Below are positions 25,436 through 32,000 of a stretch of 32,000 nt of DNA, piece after piece. Both the position numbers and the translations under genes were made by a program. The notes beneath the pieces were generated by a model. It worked only from the letters and a program-made list of their open reading frames with translations, had not been told where the DNA came from and searched no databases. Each line of letters begins with the position of its first letter. The stretch's first letter is position 1. This DNA comes from Okeania sp. (lineage in GTDB: Bacteria; Cyanobacteriota; Cyanobacteriia; Cyanobacteriales; Microcoleaceae): assembly GCF_035285525.1 (NCBI RefSeq), contig NZ_JAYKGW010000124.1:1-32000 (forward strand), given 5' to 3'.

Positions 25436-25504
25436 ATTATTAATTATTAATTATTAATTATTAATTATTAATTATTAATTATTAATTATTAATTATTAAT
25501 TATT
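25435..25504. repeat. Heptanucleotide microsatellite (AATTATT)x10
   Basis: Ten perfect contiguous 7-bp units. Shorter or imperfect tracts of the same heptamer lie at about 6527-6560, 9079-9115, 11535-11560, 11980-12000, 19553-19600, 31190-31232 and 31565-31590. Confidence 0.95.
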
Positions 25505-25619
25505 TAACCTATTTCATAAATTTGGGTTAGAGTTGCAATATTTGTGAAAATATTACTAACCTCTAACCCTAATAATAACTTTAGATAAGTTGAAATCTCT
25601 CAGCCTGAATTACAAAGAA

Positions 25620-26351
25620 TTAGTAAGCACCGTTATTCTTAGGAAAAACAACAATACCAATTGTTTTAAAAATGATCCATATATCTATCCAAAAATTTCT
25701 GAAGTTAACATAGTAAAGGTCAATTTGCACCCTTTTGGGATAAGGAATATCATTACGACCAGAAACTTGCCACAAACCAGTAATACCAGGCTTAATAGTC
25801 AGAATCTTATCCATGTGATGACCATATTTCGGTAGTTCTTCAACCACTAATGGTCTCGGCCCTACTACACTCATATCACCTTTTAAAACATTCCAAAATT
25901 GAGGAAATTCATCTAAACTTGTAACTCTCAGAAATTTACCAACCCATGTAATTCGAGGATCATGTTTTAATTTAAAGTTTTCTGCAAATTCCTGGCGCAA
26001 ATGAGGGTGTTTTTGGATAATTTCTCCTAACACCTCATCTGCATTTTGCACCATAGTTCTAAACTTTAAACAACGAAATAACTTTCGATTTTTACCTACT
26101 CTTTCTTGAACATAAAAAATAGGACCTGGGGAACTAAGTACAATTAGTAAACCTATCAGTAAGTAAAGAGGGGCAAATAATATTAAAATGGATAGAGAAA
26201 ATAGGATATCAAACAATCGTTTAAAATGTCCTAGCTCTAGGCCATCTAGAAATCGACTTTTTTGTTTGTCTCTGGGGAGGAAAGGCTGAAAAGCTCGCCC
26301 TGTAAACCCTCTAATGACTTTACCAGAGATGAATTGGCTATTAGCAGTCAT
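25620..26351 (-). CDS. Polyprenyl-phosphate sugar phosphotransferase (bacterial sugar transferase, WbaP/EpsL C-terminal type)
   Basis: KRLFDILFSLSILILFAPLYLLIGLLIVLSSPGPIFYVQERVGKNRKLFRCLKFRTM, DEFPQFWNVLKGDMSVVGPRP and PGITGLWQVSGR are PF02397 hallmarks. I chose the ATG at 26351 because an AAGGAG Shine-Dalgarno lies 5 nt upstream. The longest ORF starts 8 codons earlier, at 26375. Confidence 0.88.
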   Translation of the reverse strand: MTANSQFISGKVIRGFTGRAFQPFLPRDKQKSRFLDGLELGHFKRLFDILFSLSILILFAPLYLLIGLLIVLSSPGPIFYVQERVGKNRKLFRCLKFRTMVQNADEVLGEIIQKHPHLRQEFAENFKLKHDPRITWVGKFLRVTSLDEFPQFWNVLKGDMSVVGPRPLVVEELPKYGHHMDKILTIKPGITGLWQVSGRNDIPYPKRVQIDLYYVNFRNFWIDIWIIFKTIGIVVFPKNNGAY

Positions 26352-26575
26352 CTTACTCCTTGATTCACACCACACACAGTCCTGATCATAATGCCTATAG
26401 AGAAATACGAGGCAAATTTGGTAATGAAAAAGATGACTAATTTTAAATAAAGACGATTTTTCGGCTTTTGCCTAAGTTTTTCTGTATCTAATATATCGGA
26501 ATTTTAAAAAAATTTTATAATTTAAAAATCAAAATTTACTATATAGTGTTGTCCCATTTTTTCAGGAAGTTGAAA

Positions 26576-28273
26576 TTATGCAGTCACAATTGTAGAGTTA
26601 GCAGTCTCAATAATTATATTTTCAATGGCCTCAACCGATAAATTAGGATTAGCTTGTTTAACTAAAGCTACTACACCTGCAACATGAGGGGTCGCCATAG
26701 AAGTACCTGCTAAGAAACCATAAGAAGTACCTTTTACGGAAAGAGGTACAGGACCGTAGATATCTCCTGCATCTTTTGTGCTACCATCTCCTCCTGGAGC
26801 AACAACATAATCTAAAGGTTGGTTTCCAACTGTATTAGAGAAAGAAGAAAACTTCCCATCTTGTTCCACTGACCCAACTGCGATTCCGTACTCATCAGCT
26901 AATCTGGCTGGATAATCAGGACTACTGGAACTATCATTACCAGCAGCAGAAACAAATACAACTCCCATCTCCGCAGCATAGCGAATAGCTTCCAGTTCAT
27001 CGCTAACTAAATTTTGTCCACCAGAGCTAAAGTTAATCACATCTGCTCCATTATCAACTGCATATTTAATAGCTGCTATACCATCGCTCACTTTGCCTTG
27101 TCCCCGATCGTCCAATATCCTAATAGCCATGATTTCGGCATTGGGAGCTACTCCAGTTGTTCCTACTCCATCTTTTTTAGCAGCGATAGTCCCAGCTATA
27201 TGAGTTCCATGACCTTCTTCATCTATTGGATCGTTATCATCATCAACAAAATCCCAACCTTGGACATCATCTACATAACCATTACCATCATCGTCAATAT
27301 TATTGTTAGGAATTTCATCACTATTAGTCCACATTTGGCCTGTTAATTCAGGATGGGTATAGTCCACACCACTATCAATAACGGCTACTACAATATCATC
27401 TCCCTGAAAGCCTTGATTCCAAACTTCTGGGGCTTTGACTAAATCTAATCCCCACTGATTTCCTCCCATATCAATCACATCTGCAAAAGGGTTAACCTCA
27501 ATTGCTCTAGCAACTGCTGCTGAGGCATCAACTAAACCATATCCAAAGATATCACTATAAGTTGGTGTTATGGAACTAGCTGTTGTGAGAAGTTCATTGG
27601 CATCTAGAGTATCTCCAAAAATTAAGCGATTTTCAATCAGATTTATATCAGATATTCCTTTAACTTTTGCTAAGGTTAAGCCATTAGTCTGAACTTGAAT
27701 TAATATATCTCCTGTTGCAGTATCTTCTCTTAAAAAGATGTCATTTTCTGTTAAGTTGTCTGAGATTTTAATTATGTCAAAATTATGATTAAAGTCTTCA
27801 ATAATATCTGGTGTATTTACATTGTTATTTTCTGGTTCTTGAAGAACAAATGTATCATTGCCTGTTCCTCCAATTAATGTATCTTGTCCTAAGTCGCCAG
27901 AAATTAGATCGTCACCATCTCCTCCTAATAAAATATCGTTTTCTTTCCCTCCATGAATAGTGTCGTTTCCAACTTCTCCATAAATTGTATCGTTGCCTAA
28001 ATCTCCGTAAATTATATCATTACCTTCGTCAGCTTTAATCAAGTCATCACCTCTACCACCTCGTAGAGTATCAGCGCCACCTCCACCGAAAATTTCGTCG
28101 TCACCTTGATTACCATTAATTAGTTCGGGGTTGAATGAGCCTATGACTATATCATTTCCATCTAGGGCTTGTAAACCTCCTGAAAATGGAGTTAGTAAAT
28201 CGGCAGGTAGAGTAAAGTTATTAGAGTTGTTATCTAATACATAGGAAAGACCATCAGAGCTAGGACCAATCAT
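26576..28273 (-). CDS. S8 (subtilisin-family) serine peptidase with N-terminal RTX Ca-binding repeats
   Basis: 565 aa. Residues ~40-150 carry GGxGxDxL/I nonapeptide repeats ([17 protein letters not shown]...). The catalytic triad motifs are [15 protein letters not shown] (Asp), [11 protein letters not shown] (His) and [11 protein letters not shown] (Ser). I see no N-terminal signal peptide. Confidence 0.88.
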   Translation of the reverse strand: MIGPSSDGLSYVLDNNSNNFTLPADLLTPFSGGLQALDGNDIVIGSFNPELINGNQGDDEIFGGGGADTLRGGRGDDLIKADEGNDIIYGDLGNDTIYGEVGNDTIHGGKENDILLGGDGDDLISGDLGQDTLIGGTGNDTFVLQEPENNNVNTPDIIEDFNHNFDIIKISDNLTENDIFLREDTATGDILIQVQTNGLTLAKVKGISDINLIENRLIFGDTLDANELLTTASSITPTYSDIFGYGLVDASAAVARAIEVNPFADVIDMGGNQWGLDLVKAPEVWNQGFQGDDIVVAVIDSGVDYTHPELTGQMWTNSDEIPNNNIDDDGNGYVDDVQGWDFVDDDNDPIDEEGHGTHIAGTIAAKKDGVGTTGVAPNAEIMAIRILDDRGQGKVSDGIAAIKYAVDNGADVINFSSGGQNLVSDELEAIRYAAEMGVVFVSAAGNDSSSSPDYPARLADEYGIAVGSVEQDGKFSSFSNTVGNQPLDYVVAPGGDGSTKDAGDIYGPVPLSVKGTSYGFLAGTSMATPHVAGVVALVKQANPNLSVEAIENIIIETANSTIVTA

Positions 28274-28356
28274 AGTTTTTTTTATTAATGTTTATTTGTA
28301 AGCATTCAGCTAATAAGCTGTTAAGTGTTTAAAATGCAATTTGTTCTATAACTTGT

Positions 28357-28955
28357 TAGGGTTTGTTGAAACAGTCTTTTGGTTTAGGTAGGGAGTAGCG
28401 CCGTGTCAAGACTAAAATTGTGTGTGGGTTAGGAGTGAGTAACAAGTGAAGACCTCTCCCCCAACCCCTCTCCTGTAAGGAGAGGGGAGACAACTCCCCC
28501 TTCCCTTGTAGGAAAGGGGGTTGGGGGGTTAGGTTTCTTATCCCCCAACCCCTCTCCTTCCTGCAAGGAGAGGAGAGACAACTCCCCCTTCCCTTGTAGG
28601 AAAGGGGGTTGGGGGGTTAGGTTTCTTAATTCACATTTTTAAGCTTGATGCGCCAGTAGTTAGAAATCAGAATAAATAGGGAGTTATAGAGAAAGTGGTT
28701 GGAAAAATAGTTCCTTGATTTTTCTGTCATAGTGAACCAAAAATGCTGATTGATAGGCATCAATCTGAGCTACCTAAGAGCTGCATACTTTTTGATACCT
28801 AAAGAGGCTAAAACCTTTGGTGGTGCTTCACAAGTAGTGATTTGAGCATTTCCACTACCTAAGACTTAAAGGGATTTACTTATAAATATCACTACCTCTA
28901 TAGGACTACCAAACCTTTGTCCGTAAAAACTTCTAGATTTAATCAGCAAACCCTA
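28357..28955. mobile_element. Family A MITE-like element (about 600 bp) carrying a nested G/C-rich tandem duplication
   Basis: TAGGGTTTGTTGAAACAGTCTTTTGG at the left and AATCAGCAAACCCTA at the right are inverted family A ends. The interior is enlarged by the 28457-28628 repeat. Confidence 0.55.
28457..28628. repeat. Tandem duplication (2 x ~84-87 bp) of a GGGGTTGGGGG / CCCCCAACCCC hairpin-rich element
   Basis: Units start at 28457 and 28541. Each has the hairpins CCCCTCTCC-TGTAA-GGAGAGGGG and CCCCCTTCC-CTTGTA-GGAAAGGGGG, plus long-range complementarity between CCCCCAACCCC and GGGGTTGGGGGG. Confidence 0.85.
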
Positions 28956-29235
28956 ATTAATAATGCAACCCTTATTAATTTTGATTTCTGACTCCTAATT
29001 CTAACTTGCGACAACGCATTTTAAAAGCCTCTTATAGAAACTAATAAATTATATAATATCCGGATAATTAATAGATTTAAGTCCGCAGCGACTATGACGA
29101 AGTGAAATAAAGCAATATCAACTGTTTCGGGAAATTACTTTTTATCGTCACTGCGGAAAAATGTTCAATTCGGTTCTATATTAAGCAAGCTATCTGACAA
29201 ATTAAATGTTGACTTTTGTCAAAAGCTAATGAATC

Positions 29236-29628
29236 AGGACTTACGCAAATTCACTATGTATAGGGTGTCGGTGCGTTACGAAGTACGCTAACACACCCTA
29301 CTGGACAGTTTCACCTAAAATGGTGCATTACTTTTTGGCTGTGTCTAGACAAGGAAGACAAGGAAGACAAGGTGGTAAGCGAGAAAAAATCGCTCTGCAC
29401 AGTTTTAGGTGTGTCAGTCCACTATTAATAGCGTTTATGTGTAAGTGCAATAGATGTAGGTTGGGTTGTTTCGCGCTCCGCGACATGAACGCGCACTTCG
29501 TTGCGGAGCATGGAACTTAGCTTGCTTCTGTGCAGGAGTAACCCAACAAAAATTTTGCTCCCCTACTCCCTAATGCACACTCATTAGCTGTGTCGGTCTA
29601 CTACTAATAGCGTTCATGGGTAAGTCCT
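29236..29628. mobile_element. Composite or nested MITE cluster bounded by family B ends
   Basis: AGGACTTACGCAAATTCAC at the left and CATGGGTAAGTCCT at the right. Inside are a family F copy (29302-23 bp repeat core, 29302-29423) and a family E hairpin split by a CGCTCCGCGACATGAAC-type insert (~29456-29550). Confidence 0.5.
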
Positions 29629-29713
29629 GTGAATATAGCAATTCTATTTGATTCGTGTAGAAAATTTTATTGCTTTTAGGTAAACAGCGGTCATTTTGCT
29701 GCACAACATAAAC

Positions 29714-29802
29714 AGGACTTATGCAGCCACCCTAGATATAGTGTTTAAAACTCTTGCAAAATAGTTTCTTAACTCTATATATAGTACCTTGGCGTAAGTC
29801 CT
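29714..29802. mobile_element. Short family B-like MITE (89 bp)
   Basis: AGGACTTATGCAGCC ... GGCGTAAGTCCT are inverted ends. Its reverse complement is collinear with 30967-31052 (GGTACTATATATAGAGTT...CACTATATCTAGGGT). Confidence 0.6.
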
Positions 29803-29870
29803 GATCAAAAAAACGTATTTAGTATCGACCGCTGTTCCCTATTTCCTGTTCCCTTCTTTTTCAGCAAACC

Positions 29871-30737
29871 CTATTTATTTCCACATAACAAACCAAATTT
29901 AATTAACCCTCGCTCATATCCACTACTCATTAATCTCAGGGAAAGAGCAGCTTGAATAGTTGTCCAACCACTAAAAAGTACATTAATCAGAACTTGAGGG
30001 TCAAACGCTGATTCAATCACTACATCCCAAAAAGGAGCAACAGCAGTTGACCAGTCAGCGGTAAAAATATTTTTAAAACCAATATTCTGAGCGATCGCTT
30101 CATACTCTGGTAAAGAAATAACATAAGGTAAAGTATAAACCCGATAAATATCAGCTAAGTGTCTCCTTTCATCATCAGTCAGTTGTTCGTCAAATTCTCC
30201 TACTGAACGATGACACCAAGTTGCCATAATTATTTTACCACCAGGCTTCAGAACTCGATGGCATTCTTGCAAAAATTTCTGTTTATTAGGCATATGTTCT
30301 CCACTTTCGAGAGACCAAACCAAATCATAAGATTCATCAACAAAAGGCATATCTAAAGCATCGGCAACCATAAAATTAGTACGTTCACTTAAGTTTGCCG
30401 ACTCTGCACGTTCCTTAGCTCTGTTTGCCTGAACGGGAGAAAGGGTAATACCTGTAGCTGTGGCATTAAATTTTTCAGCTAAGTAGAGTGTACTACCACC
30501 AATGCCACAACCAACATCAAGGATCGAGGCTGGTGGCCACAAATTTGAGGTTTCATTTGTTGTGGCCCAATGAAGTAGTTCCTCAATCATGTCTATTTGA
30601 GCTTGTCGTCTATTTTTTTTCTCTTGACCATCTGGGCCATAATAACCGTGGTGCATATGTTCACCCCATGTCTGTTCCCACAGATTGGACGAAGCATCAT
30701 AAAATTGTTGAATTTCCTCAGTTAAATTCCCTGGCAT
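29871..30737 (-). CDS. Gamma-tocopherol methyltransferase-like SAM-dependent methyltransferase
   Basis: 288 aa. FYD.SS.LWE..WGEHMHHGYYGP, RRQAQIDMIEELL, the SAM motif ILDVGCGIGGS, WSLESGEHMPNK, LKPGG.I..ATWCHR and ADWS.AVAPFWD..IESAF closely follow Synechocystis Slr0089 (gamma-TMT) as I recall it. Confidence 0.85.
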   Translation of the reverse strand: MPGNLTEEIQQFYDASSNLWEQTWGEHMHHGYYGPDGQEKKNRRQAQIDMIEELLHWATTNETSNLWPPASILDVGCGIGGSTLYLAEKFNATATGITLSPVQANRAKERAESANLSERTNFMVADALDMPFVDESYDLVWSLESGEHMPNKQKFLQECHRVLKPGGKIIMATWCHRSVGEFDEQLTDDERRHLADIYRVYTLPYVISLPEYEAIAQNIGFKNIFTADWSTAVAPFWDVVIESAFDPQVLINVLFSGWTTIQAALSLRLMSSGYERGLIKFGLLCGNK

Positions 30738-30785
30738 AAGTTCTGTTTATTTTACTAGAGTTAGTATATAGCAATCTTAATTTTT

Positions 30786-30957
30786 AGGACTTACGCAAAG
30801 CAACCCAATTTTGTCATTGCGTTTCGCTACGCGACATGAAAAGCGCAGCGCAAGCGAAGCGCAACCGACAGCGTTTCGCTCCGCGACATGAATGGGTCGC
30901 ATTCCGGACCGAAAGCAATCTCAAATGCCTAAAACTCCTTCATCATGGGTAAGTCCT
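30786..30957. mobile_element. MITE-like element, family B (full length, about 172 bp)
   Basis: AGGACTTACGCAAAGCAAC ... CATCATGGGTAAGTCCT. The GC-rich core carries repeated CGCGACATGAA motifs. It is collinear with 19365-19534 and with the short in-CDS copy at 17093-17183. Confidence 0.7.
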
Positions 30958-30966
30958 AGTTTGATC

Positions 30967-31052
30967 AGGACTGAGGCAAAGGTACTATATATAGAGTTTA
31001 AAAACCATTATGCAATAGTTTTAGGCACTATATCTAGGGTAAATGCTTCAGC
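30967..31052. mobile_element. Short family B-like MITE with a degenerate right end
   Basis: AGGACTGAGGCAAAGGTACTATATATAGAGTTTAAAAACC... is collinear with the reverse complement of 29714-29802. The right terminus has decayed (GGGTAAATGCTTCAG). Confidence 0.5.
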
Positions 31053-31430
31053 AATTAACAATGAAAAATTAATAATTACCCCTTCTGAAAACAAGGGGAT
31101 TGACTAAAAGAAAGTTTTTTTATTTATCCCCTTAAAAGGTGAGGCTTTAAACCTGAATTATTGAATGAATAATAATTAACTATCAACTCTTGATTATTAA
31201 TTATTAACTATTAATTATTAATTGTTTGGTAAGTCCTGTTTATTTATGAAAAAAACTGGGTGGTGGTGTACAAATAGTTATTTTGGCAGTTAGACTTCTG
31301 ACAGTGAAAAAAAAAGGTCTATTTCAGTTTTCAGTTATCATTACCTTTAGCTGTTTGTGCAGCATGACCGAGGAAAGTATTGAGATTGAAATACTAAATT
31401 GAAATTTTCTCTTAGTAAATAAGAGGTTAC

Positions 31431-31565
31431 TATAGCAATCAGTTGTGATTTGTGATAATTTGAATATTTTATCTAACGGGGTTTGGTCTCCAAACCCCAT
31501 CTGAGCTAAGGTTTGGAGACCAAACTCCTACAGTTTTTCCTCACATCTAGTTCCTGATTGCTATA
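31431..31565. mobile_element. MITE-like element, family D (TATAGCAATCAG ends, two GGTTTGG..CCAAACC hairpins inside)
   Basis: Perfect 12-bp inverted termini TATAGCAATCAG (31431-31442) and CTGATTGCTATA (31554-31565). The interior GGGGTTTGGTCTCCAAACCCC and GGTTTGGAGACCAAAC resemble 22075-22195 and 13795-13845. Confidence 0.65.
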
Positions 31566-31613
31566 TTAATTATTAATTATTAATTATTGAAAAATACATC
31601 GTAAAAAATTGCA

Positions 31614-32000
31614 ATGAGTGTATCTAGAACTATTTGTCAAGGTTTCATTATTGTTATTACTTTTGGCACTATATTATTAATGCTACCTATTTCTATGAGT
31701 AATGGAAATTGGAGCCATCCTGTAACTGCTTTATTTACAGCAACTTCTGCTGTTTGTGTGACTGGATTATCAGTCGTAAATGTAGGAGAATACTATTCAT
31801 TTTGGGGGCAGTTATTTCTGTTATTTTTAGTTCAAATTGGAGCTTTCGGTTATATGACTGCTACAACTATTCTGTTGTTGTTGTTAGGTCATAAATTTCG
31901 TCTTAAGGAAAAAATTGCTCTTCAGCAATCTTTGGAACAGGTAGGATTAGCAGGTGTGGAGGGTTTAATTAAGTCAATTTTAGTAACAACAATTGTGCTT
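31614..32000 (+). CDS. ktrB: TrkH/KtrB-family potassium transporter membrane subunit (5' partial, runs off the window)
   Basis: This ORF is not in the supplied track because no stop is reached. From the ATG at 31614 there are 129 open codons: MSVSRTICQGFIIVITFGTILLMLPIS...TALFTATSAVCVTGLSVVNVGEYYSFWGQLFLLFLVQIGAFGYMT. These are typical KtrB/TrkH first M1-P-M2 motifs (TSA.CVTGL, QIGG.G). Confidence 0.8.
   Translation, partial: MSVSRTICQGFIIVITFGTILLMLPISMSNGNWSHPVTALFTATSAVCVTGLSVVNVGEYYSFWGQLFLLFLVQIGAFGYMTATTILLLLLGHKFRLKEKIALQQSLEQVGLAGVEGLIKSILVTTIVL

Noticed and set aside
25590-25835. 81-aa ORF on the plus strand overlapping the 3' end of the sugar transferase gene
   Set aside because: It is antisense to a strongly supported PF02397-type CDS, has a TTG start and shows no motif.
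22371-28273. gmd-fcl, the sugar transferase and the RTX-S8 peptidase as one novel exopolysaccharide or secretion operon
   Set aside because: The genes are co-oriented but separated by spacers of 200-700 bp, most filled with repeats. No polymerase, flippase, further glycosyltransferases or T1SS components are present. The link is only thematic.
743-31894. Short shadow ORFs inside or antisense to long CDSs (743..940, 4025..4219, 7958..8146, 14653..14838, 15418..15702, 16317..16514, 23106..23300, 27014..27346, 30488..30739, 31709..31894)
   Set aside because: All lie within well-supported genes, in other frames or on the other strand. Their composition is low-complexity and they carry no recognisable motifs.

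Overview
The window looks like chromosomal DNA from an AT-rich filamentous cyanobacterium of Nostocales type. Support for this: about 12 HIP1 GCGATCGC sites, cyAbrB, gamma-tocopherol methyltransferase and TM0106-type nuclease genes, and typical Nostoc-style dispersed repeats. I support 17 complete CDSs, 1 CDS truncated by the window end, and one tRNA-Asp(GTC). The CDSs are: CBM9-like protein, GHL10 glycosidase-like protein, homoserine dehydrogenase, class V PLP enzyme, hybrid histidine kinase, RecB/Cas4-like TM0106 nuclease, phytase-like esterase, GlgX, a DUF4347-RTX giant protein, cyAbrB, a DUF2786 protein, Fcl, Gmd, a priming sugar transferase, an RTX-S8 peptidase, gamma-TMT and partial KtrB. 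Almost every intergenic spacer is filled with non-autonomous MITE-like repeats from at least six families, some nested, plus (AATTATT)n heptamer tracts and two tandem arrays with 66-bp and 26-bp periods. There is no transposase, integrase, CRISPR array, cas gene or rRNA. I cannot see a convincing novel multi-gene system such as a defence island or biosynthetic cluster. The most unusual items are a ~9.5-copy 66-bp hairpin array directly upstream of hom, a MITE read through in frame at the 5' end of the DUF4347-RTX gene, an unrecognised C-terminal domain on that protein, an RTX-first S8 peptidase, the multi-domain TM0106 nuclease, and a cyAbrB/DUF2786 gene pair. All family assignments come from motif recognition by eye, not database searches.
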